Below, one piece after another: positions 54,240 through 62,375 of a stretch of 62,375 nucleotides of DNA. Source of the DNA: Elusimicrobiota bacterium (GTDB taxonomy: Bacteria > Elusimicrobiota > Elusimicrobia > UBA1565); NCBI GenBank assembly GCA_043819795.1, contig JBDREN010000190.1:1-62375 (forward strand). Reading direction: 5' to 3'. Each line of letters begins with the position of its first letter. The first letter of the stretch is position 1. Under the pieces are notes generated by a model. The model was not told the DNA's origin. It ran no database searches and worked only from the letters and a program-made list of their open reading frames with translations. The position numbers and the translations under genes were made by a program.

Positions 54240-55472
54240 ATGCCATTCTCCCTGTTCAACATCCATCCCAATCTTGTGAAGGCCGTGCGCGCCATGGGGT
54301 TCAAGAAGCCCACGCCGATCCAAGACAAGGCCATCCCGCCGGCCCTGAAGGGCGCGGACGTCCTCGGCTCGGCGCAGACGGGCAGCGGCAAGACCGTGGC
54401 CTTCGGCCTGCCCCTGCTGCACCGCCTGCTGGCGGACGAGCACAAGCGCCCGGCGAAGGAAGTCCGGGCGCTGATCCTCGCGCCCGTCCGAGAGTTGGCG
54501 GCGCAGGTCGAGGCCACGCTGCGCGATTGCGCCCGCTTCACGAGGCTCCGCTTCGCGCTCGTCATCGGCGGGGAGTCGATGCGCAAGCAGACGGAAGCGC
54601 TGCGGGCGGGCGCGGAGGTCGTCATCGCGACCCCGGGCCGCATGCTCGATCACCTGCGCAATACCCGCGGGTTCCACCTGGATGGATGCCGCACCGTCGT
54701 CCTGGACGAAGCCGACCGCATGCTCGACATGGGCTTTCTGCCCGACGTGAGCAGCATCCTCCTCAAGGTCCCGAAGGAGCGCCAGACGCTGATGTTCTCC
54801 GCCACGGTCCCGAGCGAGATCGAGCGCATCGTGACGCGGTTCATGAAGGATCCGATCCGGATCCAGATCGATCCTCCGCGCAAGCCCGCGGAAGGCGTCA
54901 TCCAGAAGATCTTTCCGATCTCGGCGGGGCAGAAGTACGACCTGCTTCTCGCGCTCATCGAGGGACTCTCGATGTCCTCGGTCCTGGTCTTCACCGGCAC
55001 CAAGCGGCGCGCCGACATCGTCTGCGAATTCCTCCGGCTCAAGGGCGTCTCGGCGACCGCGCTCCACTCCGACCTGACCCAGGCGAAGCGATCCCAAAGG
55101 ATGGACGCATTCCGGGCCCAACGCTACCGCGTCCTCGTGGCGACCGACATCGCCGCGCGCGGCCTCGACATCCGGCACGTGAGCCACGTCGTCAACTACG
55201 ACGTCCCGCTCTATCCTGAGGACTACCTGCACCGCATCGGCCGCACGGCGCGCGTGTTCAGTATCGGTGACGCGATCACCCTGATGTCTCCCCAGGAGAA
55301 GGGCCCGGTCGAGGCGATCGAGACGTTCGTGGGCGCGTCGATCGAGCGCTGCGCGCTCGAGGGCTTCCCTTACGACGTGCCCCCGCAGCTAACCGTCTAC
55401 AAGCGCCCCTACCACTCGCACTTCCAGATGAAGCGGCGGAGCATGCGCCGCGGACGGCGCGGCATCCTCTGA
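54240..55472 (+). CDS. DEAD-box RNA helicase (RhlE-like)
   Basis: PTPIQ, AQTGSGKT, TPGR, DEAD, SAT, ARGLD, HRIGRTAR. Confidence 0.96.
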   Translation: MPFSLFNIHPNLVKAVRAMGFKKPTPIQDKAIPPALKGADVLGSAQTGSGKTVAFGLPLLHRLLADEHKRPAKEVRALILAPVRELAAQVEATLRDCARFTRLRFALVIGGESMRKQTEALRAGAEVVIATPGRMLDHLRNTRGFHLDGCRTVVLDEADRMLDMGFLPDVSSILLKVPKERQTLMFSATVPSEIERIVTRFMKDPIRIQIDPPRKPAEGVIQKIFPISAGQKYDLLLALIEGLSMSSVLVFTGTKRRADIVCEFLRLKGVSATALHSDLTQAKRSQRMDAFRAQRYRVLVATDIAARGLDIRHVSHVVNYDVPLYPEDYLHRIGRTARVFSIGDAITLMSPQEKGPVEAIETFVGASIERCALEGFPYDVPPQLTVYKRPYHSHFQMKRRSMRRGRRGIL

Positions 55473-55474
55473 GC

Positions 55475-56119
55475 GTGAGACCGCTCCTGCTGGCGATGGC
55501 CGCGGCCTGCCTCGCGGCCGCTTGCCGATCCCCTTCGCCCCCCCCTTCCCGTGAGGACCCGGCAAGCCCCTCCTCGGAGCCGCTCATCGACATCCGCGAC
55601 GTGGACGCCGGCATCCTCGTGGACATCCGGTACGCCACCGACGACAACTTCACCGGAAAGGCGCTCTACCCGGCCGGCCGCTGCCTGCTGCGGCGTTCGG
55701 TGGCGGAGCGCCTCCGCTCGGTCCGATCCGATCTCGCCGCCGTGGGCCTCGGGCTCAAGGTCTGGGACTGCTACCGGCCGCTCGCGATCCAGCGCGAGCT
55801 CTGGGCCTTGGTCCCCGATCCGCGCTACGTCGCCGATCCCGAGAAGGGCTCGCGCCACAACCGGGGCGCCGCCGTCGACCTCACGCTCGTCGACGCCCAA
55901 GGCCGGGAGCTGGAGATGCCCACCGGCTACGACGACTTCACCCCGAAGGCCCACCGGGACTACGCCCAAGGCTCGCCGGAGGCGCTGAGGAACCGGACCG
56001 CCCTGGAGCGCGCCATGTCCAAGCGCGGCTTCATCGGTCTAAGGACCGAATGGTGGCACTTCGACGCGCCGGGATGGCGGGGTTATCCCTTGACGGACGT
56101 CCCCCTCGAACGGCCGTGA
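55475..56119 (+). CDS. ddpX: D-alanyl-D-alanine dipeptidase (M15D, VanX/DdpX), lipoprotein
   Basis: LAAAC lipobox, RYAT.NF.G, D.YRP, SRHNRG.AVD, EWWHF. Confidence 0.92.
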   Translation: MRPLLLAMAAACLAAACRSPSPPPSREDPASPSSEPLIDIRDVDAGILVDIRYATDDNFTGKALYPAGRCLLRRSVAERLRSVRSDLAAVGLGLKVWDCYRPLAIQRELWALVPDPRYVADPEKGSRHNRGAAVDLTLVDAQGRELEMPTGYDDFTPKAHRDYAQGSPEALRNRTALERAMSKRGFIGLRTEWWHFDAPGWRGYPLTDVPLERP

Positions 56120-56180
56120 GCGCGCGCGGTTTTCCATCGCGAATTTTTCTAGGATATCCTGGATATCCACCGCCCCGGGA

Positions 56181-56717
56181 ATGAAAAAGAGGCTGCCCCG
56201 AATACCCCCGCGCGTCTACGCCCCGGCCGTCATCCTCGGCCTGATCGCCTTCTTCTGGCTGCTCTCGCCGCGACCCGGCGCGGGACCGGCGGCCGGCTCG
56301 CGCGCGCCGGCGTTCCGCCTGATCGACCTTTCGGGACGCACGGCGGACCTCGCGGAATACCACGGCAAGGTCGTCTTGCTCGACTTCTGGGCGACTTGGT
56401 GCGGCGACTGCGAGGCCGAGACGCCGGCGCTCAAGAGCCTCCACGAAAAGTACCAGGGCCGGGGCTTCGCGCTGCTCGGCGCCTCGGTCGACGAGGGGCC
56501 CCCGGAGGCCGTCGCCCGTTTCGTCGCCGAGCACCGGCTGTCATACCGCATCGTGTTCGCCGACGAGGAAGCGGTCCAAGACTACCGGATCTTCGGCCTG
56601 CCCACGAAATTCCTCATCGACGCGGAGGGAGTGATATACCGGAAGTACCTCACGGACACGCCCGCGACCGAGCTCGAGGCGGACATCATCGCGCTGTTAA
56701 AAAGGAGGGACTCATGA
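56181..56717 (+). CDS. TlpA-family thiol-disulfide reductase
   Basis: N-terminal TM, GKVVLLDFWATWCGDC, LP..FLID..G. Confidence 0.92.
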   Translation: MKKRLPRIPPRVYAPAVILGLIAFFWLLSPRPGAGPAAGSRAPAFRLIDLSGRTADLAEYHGKVVLLDFWATWCGDCEAETPALKSLHEKYQGRGFALLGASVDEGPPEAVARFVAEHRLSYRIVFADEEAVQDYRIFGLPTKFLIDAEGVIYRKYLTDTPATELEADIIALLKRRDS

Positions 56718-57790
56718 ATATCCGTCACGCCCGTTTTCCGACGACTCGATGGCGCAAGCGCCCCTCGGCGCCACGCGCCGCCGCCGCTCACGCCTGGGCC
56801 ATAGCCGCGCTGCTCGTCCTGGCGCTGGGCGGCCCGGCGCCGGCCCAGGACCCGGCGAAGCCGGGGCCGCGCAAGCCGGCCTCCTCCGCGGACAAGATCG
56901 ACCTCAAGAAGCTCGCCGACCACATCCGGAAAAGCTTCAGCCCCCCCGCCGCCATGAAGCTGCGGGTTTCGGAGCTGCGCCCGTCGCCGCTCGCAGGCTA
57001 CCTGGCCGGACAGCTTGAGATCACCGAAGGAGAAAGGAAGCAGGTCCAGCCGGTCATCGTATCCGCGGACGGCCGCTGGTACTTCCTCGGCGACGTCTTC
57101 GCGCTGGGAGCCTCCCCGGTCCCGGGATTCCGCGCCATGAAGCCCAAGGACGGATCCCCGCCCCCGGCGCCGATGCACTTGGCTCCCGACGGAGAGCACG
57201 TGGTCTACGGGGAAGCGAAGGACATGACGATCGATCCGGACCTGGAGAACCTCAAGAAGATCAATCTGGAGGGAGTCCTCTATGCGGGGACGTCCGACGC
57301 CCCGGTCGTGATCGTCGAGTACTCCGACCTGCAGTGCCCCCACTGCAAGCGGGCCCACGAGATACTCGACAAAGAGCTCAAAGCCTATAAAGGGAAGGTC
57401 CGGCGGGTCTTCAAGCACTTCCCCCTCAAGAGCATGCACCCCTGGGCCTACGACGCGGCGATCGCCATAACTTGCGCGGCCAGACTGGACCCGAAGGCGA
57501 ACGAGGCGCTCCTGGCGGGACTCTTCAAGGAACAGGACAAGATCAAGAAGGAGAACCTGCGCGAGAAGGCCTCGGCGCTCGCCGAGAAGGCCGGCCTCGA
57601 CGCCGAGGCCTTCGGCCGCTGCTACGACAAGAAGGAAACCGAGGCCGCCGTGGACGCGGACATCCGCGAAGCGGGCGAGCTCGAGCTCATGGGCACCCCG
57701 TCGATCTTCGTAAACGGCCGCCGGGCGCGCGGCTACATGTTCCCCGAGATCAAGGCGATCATCGACGAGATGCTCGCCCGCGAAGAATAG
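56714..57790 (+). CDS. DsbA/DsbC-like oxidoreductase (CPHC)
   Basis: AGGAGG RBS; EYSD.QCPHC, HFPL..H, GTPS.FVNG. Confidence 0.9.
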   Translation: MNIRHARFPTTRWRKRPSAPRAAAAHAWAIAALLVLALGGPAPAQDPAKPGPRKPASSADKIDLKKLADHIRKSFSPPAAMKLRVSELRPSPLAGYLAGQLEITEGERKQVQPVIVSADGRWYFLGDVFALGASPVPGFRAMKPKDGSPPPAPMHLAPDGEHVVYGEAKDMTIDPDLENLKKINLEGVLYAGTSDAPVVIVEYSDLQCPHCKRAHEILDKELKAYKGKVRRVFKHFPLKSMHPWAYDAAIAITCAARLDPKANEALLAGLFKEQDKIKKENLREKASALAEKAGLDAEAFGRCYDKKETEAAVDADIREAGELELMGTPSIFVNGRRARGYMFPEIKAIIDEMLAREE

Positions 57791-57799
57791 GACGAGCCG

Positions 57800-58654
57800 T
57801 CAGAAATCGAAGCTGACGCCCAGATCGAAGTAGTGCTCCTTGTCCCGGAAGAACTGCCCGTACTCGGAGTGCCCTCCGAAATAACCCGCGTGCATGCGCA
57901 GGGCCCTGATGACCTTGGGGATACCCATACGGAAGCCCAGGTTCGTCTTGGAGTTGAGGTTCCACCTGACGCGGCCGAGTGATTTGAAATCCTGCGCCAG
58001 GTAGAGCCAGCACTCGTGCCGCTCATGCCAGCGCAGGTCCGGCGTCCTCAGCTCGAAGCCCCACTGCGCGGAACCCTCCTGACGCCTCGGGATGGCGTCC
58101 AGCAGCCCCGTTCCCCCTCCGTAGACGCGGACGAGCGGATGCGGCTCGTACGACGCGATAACGCCCAGGCCCTCGACGCTGTAGCGGAAGCCTCGGTCGT
58201 TCGTCCGCCGGATGTAGTCGTCGCCCAGGTGGGAGCTCTCGTGAAAGAGCGTGACCCTCGCCGAAAAGCTCCCGTATCTCATCTCGACCGGAAGGTTCGC
58301 GAAGAAATCTATCGTCCGGAACTCGTTGATGCCCCCGGAGAGCTGGAAACGGGAATAGCCCATGCCCTCGACGTTGAGCTGGAAGATCCAGTCATCGTCG
58401 CCGCCCACCCGCCAGCGAGCCATGCCCCAGATGTTGCCCAGCGCCACGTCGCTGAGATTGTCGCCCTCCAGGCGGTAGTAACGCAGCGCGGTCTGGGCCT
58501 GCCGCGGGTCCGCCAGGAGACGCCGGAAGAGCTGGTCGGTCTCCGGCAGGACCCCGTAGACGAACTCCTGCGCCCGCGCCGGACCGGACGCCGCCAGAAG
58601 CGACAGCGCCAGGCACGCTCCCCGCGCCACGGCCCGAACGCGCCATCCCCTCAT
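57800..58654 (-). CDS. DUF1207-like outer-membrane protein
   Basis: LP...LF..L.ADPR, HESSHLGD, GHS..GQF, C-terminal F. Confidence 0.8.
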   Translation of the reverse strand: MRGWRVRAVARGACLALSLLAASGPARAQEFVYGVLPETDQLFRRLLADPRQAQTALRYYRLEGDNLSDVALGNIWGMARWRVGGDDDWIFQLNVEGMGYSRFQLSGGINEFRTIDFFANLPVEMRYGSFSARVTLFHESSHLGDDYIRRTNDRGFRYSVEGLGVIASYEPHPLVRVYGGGTGLLDAIPRRQEGSAQWGFELRTPDLRWHERHECWLYLAQDFKSLGRVRWNLNSKTNLGFRMGIPKVIRALRMHAGYFGGHSEYGQFFRDKEHYFDLGVSFDF

Positions 58655-60436
58655 CTATTCCTCCTCCAAGAGCCTGGCGACCGCCTGCAGGTCGTTGGTC
58701 GGCAGCTCGCAAGCGAAATTGACGCAGATGTACGCGGTCGGCTTGCCGTCGATCGCGGCCATCCACTCAAGCACGGGCAGGCGCCTGGCGAGCCGATCCT
58801 TCGCCTCTCCCGGCGGCACCACCATCAGTATCTTGTCCGGCAGATAGCGCGCGTGGACCATCCGCAGCATCTCACGCGTCGCCGGATCATCGACCTCCCC
58901 GGCGATGATGACCTGCCGGGGCTTCGCCGCGGCGTAGTCCGCGGCCACGAGCATCTGCGGCAGTGAGAGCGGGTCGTCGCGCATCCGTCCGCTGAAGCGC
59001 CCGAGCGTCTTCTCGGCCGCTCTCCGGAGATCCTCCCGGCCGGTGAACTGCCCCAAGCGCAGGAGGTTCAGCGCCGCGACGGAGCTCGCGCTGGGCTCGT
59101 CGCCTTCGGAAACCTCGGCGGCCCGCGCGCCCGGGCGCTTGCCCGCGCCCTTGTCCGCCGCATAGTAAGCGCCTCGTCGGTCGGAGAGCCTCTCCTGAAG
59201 GACGTCCGTCAGCTCCTCCGCCCATTCCAGCCAGCCGGGGTCGAAGGATGCCTCGTAAAGGTCCAGCAACCCCTGCGCGAAGAACGCATAGTCCGCGGCC
59301 ATGCCGGCGGCCGCCCGTCGTCCGTCGCGCCATCCGTGGTGGAGGACGCGCGTCCCGGGATCGTAGAGCCGCTTCCGGACGAAACGCGCCGCGCTCTCCG
59401 CGGCCGCCAGGTACGCCGGCTCCTCGAGGACCTGAAACCCCTTCGCGAACGCCGAAATCGCGAGCCCGTTCCACGAGGCGAGGATATTGTCGTCGAGAGC
59501 CGGACGCGGCCGTTTCGCGCGCGCCGCGAGCAGCCTCTTGCGCGCCTTATCCAGCAGGCGTCCATTGCCCCGCGCCGTCCCGCCGAACCTCGCGGCGGTC
59601 TCCTCGAGCGTGCGGGCGGCGTAGAGGATGTTTTTGCTCTTGAGCCCGCCGACGGGATCGCCGCGCACGTTCCCGCCGGGGAGCACCCCGTAGCGGTAGC
59701 TGAAGACATCGGCCGTCTCCCTCCCCAGAGCCCGCGCGATCTCCGCCTCGCCCCACAGGTAGAACGCCCCGAGGGGGGACGGCGTGCCGCCGGCCGCCTC
59801 GGCCGCGAAAAAGCCGCCCTCGAGGCGCCGCATGTCGCGCAGCAAGTAGTCCAGCGTCTCCCGGGCGACACGCGCGGAATCCGGGTCCTTGCCTGCCTGG
59901 TAGGCTTCCAGGAAATTGACGGCCAGCTGCGCGTTGTCGCGGAGCGTCTTCCCGAAGCGGGGCATGCGCCACCCGGCATCGACGGAGCGGCTGTGGAAGC
60001 CGCCTCCTAGGTGGTCGTAAATCCCCCCCCTCGACATTTCAAGGAGCGTCTTCGCGACCATCGCGAGCGCGCGCTCGTCCCCCTTGCGCGCGTAGTAGCG
60101 AAGCAGGAAGTTCTGATTGACGGGCGTGGGAACCTTCGGGGCGCCCCCGAAGCCGCCATGCCCCGGATCGAAGGCGGCTTCGAACCGCTCGAAAGCGGCG
60201 TCCAGCAAGGAGGCGTCGAGCGGCGCCCCGCGCTCCCGCGCGGACGGATCGGCCGCCGCCTCATCCGCCGGAGGCTCCGGGTCCCGGGGAAGGGATGCCG
60301 AACCGCCCGCTTCAGCGCGCGGGGGCGCGGCGGGAGGCTCGGGCTTCGGCTCGCGCCAGACGGCGTAGCCGGCGATCAGCAGGCCGGCGGCCACGAGGGC
60401 CGCCCCCGGCCCGAACAGGGGAACGTGATCCCTCAT
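58655..60436 (-). CDS. YyaL/SPATA20-like (alpha/alpha)6 protein lacking the N-terminal thioredoxin domain
   Basis: GGFG.APK, GGIYDHLGGGF, R..RP.P..D...L..WNGL.I, DYA, AY.C....C..P. Confidence 0.85.
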   Translation of the reverse strand: MRDHVPLFGPGAALVAAGLLIAGYAVWREPKPEPPAAPPRAEAGGSASLPRDPEPPADEAAADPSARERGAPLDASLLDAAFERFEAAFDPGHGGFGGAPKVPTPVNQNFLLRYYARKGDERALAMVAKTLLEMSRGGIYDHLGGGFHSRSVDAGWRMPRFGKTLRDNAQLAVNFLEAYQAGKDPDSARVARETLDYLLRDMRRLEGGFFAAEAAGGTPSPLGAFYLWGEAEIARALGRETADVFSYRYGVLPGGNVRGDPVGGLKSKNILYAARTLEETAARFGGTARGNGRLLDKARKRLLAARAKRPRPALDDNILASWNGLAISAFAKGFQVLEEPAYLAAAESAARFVRKRLYDPGTRVLHHGWRDGRRAAAGMAADYAFFAQGLLDLYEASFDPGWLEWAEELTDVLQERLSDRRGAYYAADKGAGKRPGARAAEVSEGDEPSASSVAALNLLRLGQFTGREDLRRAAEKTLGRFSGRMRDDPLSLPQMLVAADYAAAKPRQVIIAGEVDDPATREMLRMVHARYLPDKILMVVPPGEAKDRLARRLPVLEWMAAIDGKPTAYICVNFACELPTNDLQAVARLLEEE

Positions 60437-60466
60437 GACTATTCGTCCGTTCGCGCGGCCCGACGG

Positions 60467-61318
60467 CTAGATCTTCCCGTGTTTCCCCTGCAGGGCCTCT
60501 TCGATGGTCTGTTTGAGGCCCTGGTAGTCGGCCCCCGAGACCAGATGCCCGTTCACGAGGAAGGCCGGCGCGCCGGTGATGCCCAGCTCCTGCGCTTCGG
60601 CCATATCCCGGTCGACCATTGACTTGGTCTTGCGCGCGTCGTAGCAGGCGTTGAACTTCTCCATATCCAGCTTGCTCTCGCCGGCGAAGCCCTCGAGCTT
60701 CTCGTCCAGGTTCGCCATGCGGATCTCTTTCTGAGCGTCGAAGATCAGGTCGTGCAGCCTCCAAAACTTGTCCTCTCCCTGAAGCTTCGCGCACTCGACT
60801 CCCACGGCCGCCGGCTCGGCCCAGGGATGGATGCGCGTGAGCGGGAACGACTTATAGACCCAGCGGACCTTGCCCTCGAACTCCTTCATGATGCGGTCCT
60901 GCATGATGTCGTAGCCCTTCTTGCAGAACGGGCACTGGAAGTCCGTGTACTCGACGACGATCACCGGAGCCTTCTTGTCCCCTCGCGAGGGCGCGCCGCT
61001 GATATCCATCTTCTTGATGCGTTCCTGGTCGGGATGGACGCTCAGGTCCTTGAAGCCGCCGAGGATGTAGTAGCGCCCATCTTTCGAGAGATAGAGCTCC
61101 TGGGTCTGGGACTGGCTGCCCCGGCTCATCGACATCGCCAGAATCTGGAATCCCGGAATCTCGGAGTCCTTCGGGTCGGTCAGCTCGATATTGACGGTCG
61201 CCGGGAAATTGTAGGACTCCCGGAGATGATCGGCGAGAGCCTGTTTATCCAGGGCCGCGGCCCGGCAGGCGAACAACAGCGGCAAGAGCGCCGCAAGCAA
61301 TACTGACTTTCTCATCAT
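60467..61318 (-). CDS. DsbA/DsbC-like oxidoreductase (CPFC)
   Basis: GGAGG RBS; signal peptide; EYTDFQCPFC, FPL..IHP.A, G.P.F.VNG. Confidence 0.9.
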   Translation of the reverse strand: MMRKSVLLAALLPLLFACRAAALDKQALADHLRESYNFPATVNIELTDPKDSEIPGFQILAMSMSRGSQSQTQELYLSKDGRYYILGGFKDLSVHPDQERIKKMDISGAPSRGDKKAPVIVVEYTDFQCPFCKKGYDIMQDRIMKEFEGKVRWVYKSFPLTRIHPWAEPAAVGVECAKLQGEDKFWRLHDLIFDAQKEIRMANLDEKLEGFAGESKLDMEKFNACYDARKTKSMVDRDMAEAQELGITGAPAFLVNGHLVSGADYQGLKQTIEEALQGKHGKI

Positions 61319-61464
61319 GGTCGAATCCTCCACAGGAACGAGAAATGGTAGATTACTATATATCCCCCGGGCCTGCCAGGGCCGGCGCGGGAGGGGAGCA
61401 TTCGGGGTGGACCCGTTTTCAAGGAATAAGATATAATCTTTTTCCGCCGTTCGACTTCCCATCC

Positions 61465-61539
61465 GCGCTCGTAGCTCAATGGATAGAGCGCCAGCCTGCG
61501 GAGCTGGAAATGCAGGTTCGATTCCTGCCGAGCGCACCA
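61465..61539 (+). tRNA. tRNA-Arg (GCG), CCA encoded
   Basis: GCGCTCG/CGAGCGC acceptor; anticodon arm CCAGC-CTGCGGA-GCTGG; GGTTCGATTCC. Confidence 0.93.
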
Positions 61540-61584
61540 AGTCCCCGGGATAACGCCGCAATAACCGCTCCCTCCCACAGGTGA

Positions 61585-61609
61585 GTGACGCCCTCCAAGG
61601 GGGCGTCAC
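61585..61609. terminator. Hairpin downstream of tRNA-Arg
   Basis: GTGACGCCC...GGGCGTCAC; no U-tract. Confidence 0.4.
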
Positions 61610-61871
61610 ATCGCCGGCCTCGGCTTGCCCGGAACCCAGGATAGCACAAAGACCGTCCAAAAACCGTGTTTCGGACCCAAATTTCCTGACACCAAAAATA
61701 AGTCTTTCTTTTATAGTCGTTATTTCCATGTCGGTGTCAGGGGATTGTCCTTGATTAGTCATCGGGACTGGGGCTATATATTGTGGAGGGATTATGGATT
61801 GTGATTTCCGGAGCCTTCCAACACCCAGAGTTGCTCATGCCGGCTCCAGGCATTTTTTAGGAAGGTGGTCC

Positions 61872-62375
61872 ATGCGGACTTTTAAAGGAATGGTTGTCGG
61901 GTGGGCGGCGAGCCTGCTCTTGTGCACCGGGCTCTACGCGCAGATCACGCACCATGTGATCCCGGCAGGGGGCGCGGTCGGTGCGGGACAAGTCAGCGTG
62001 CTGACGGTGGGCGAGCCGGCGGTGCATGGGGCGGTGGGCGCGTTCCGGGGCTTCGGCTTCGTGCACACCGTGGCCTGGGACTTCCTGTCCCCGCGCACGG
62101 CGCTGGCGATCGACACGCCGCAGGCCACGGGCCCCGGCGGGACGCCCGGCGGGGCGCTCTTCATCACGGGCCAGACGATCCTGAACCTGACGAGCATGGA
62201 CGACGCGTCGCAGCTGGACGACGCGCTGGGCTCGGGGGTGGCGTTCCAGGAGCTGTGGGTGGACGGGCAGCTGCGCTTCCACTTCGACAACGCGGCGCCC
62301 GGGGTGGGTCAGGCCTTCTCCTCGTCGTTCACGCTGACCGACGCGGACGGGCTGCACACGCTGGAATACTTCTCC
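61872..62375 (+). CDS. 5' part of a large exported protein (Ig-like domain), truncated by the window end
   Basis: AGGAAGG RBS; MRTFKGMVVGWAASLLLCTGLYAQ signal; open to the end with ..DGLHTLEYFS; not in the ORF track because it has no stop. Confidence 0.75.
   Translation, partial: MRTFKGMVVGWAASLLLCTGLYAQITHHVIPAGGAVGAGQVSVLTVGEPAVHGAVGAFRGFGFVHTVAWDFLSPRTALAIDTPQATGPGGTPGGALFITGQTILNLTSMDDASQLDDALGSGVAFQELWVDGQLRFHFDNAAPGVGQAFSSSFTLTDADGLHTLEYFS

Noticed and set aside
55475..56119. Vancomycin resistance locus
   Set aside because: Lipoprotein DdpX-type peptidase with no vanH, vanA or vanRS
60467..61762. 431-aa version of the DsbA ORF
   Set aside because: The extension runs antisense across tRNA-Arg; RBS and signal peptide support the 61318 start

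Overview
High-GC bacterial chromosome segment; Elusimicrobiota is my guess from gene content only. The left half is almost all minus strand. It holds two tandem secreted OB-fold-like paralogs, several hypotheticals, and an 11-subunit complex I operon (nuoABCD-HIJKLMN, no nuoEFG) headed by a MidA/NDUFAF7 methyltransferase. Next come a 59-aa bacterial histone-like gene missed by the ORF track and sitting behind tRNA-Met, then acyl-CoA dehydrogenase-etfB-etfA, a yceD-rpmF-plsX-fabG-acpP-rnc block, glycosyltransferases, a patatin, a TPR-SpoIID protein and a GYF_2-like protein. The right half has tRNA-Lys, comF, an orphan PAS histidine kinase, ugd-uxs-GT2, and a 1239-aa coiled-coil protein bracketed by two MITE-like elements. 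It continues with a CHASE2 adenylate cyclase divergent from a Slam/DUF560-like TPR-beta-barrel plus FecR pair, housekeeping genes, a thiol-disulfide cluster, a rare tRNA-Arg(GCG) and the start of a large surface protein. Several families of modular palindromic repeats fill intergenic space and have also entered coding sequence (plsX, comF) and translation-initiation regions (nuoA, nuoC). Best leads: the histone, the cyclase/Slam/FecR module, and the repeat-derived initiation hairpins and in-frame insertion. All family assignments are from motif recognition by eye; no searches were run.
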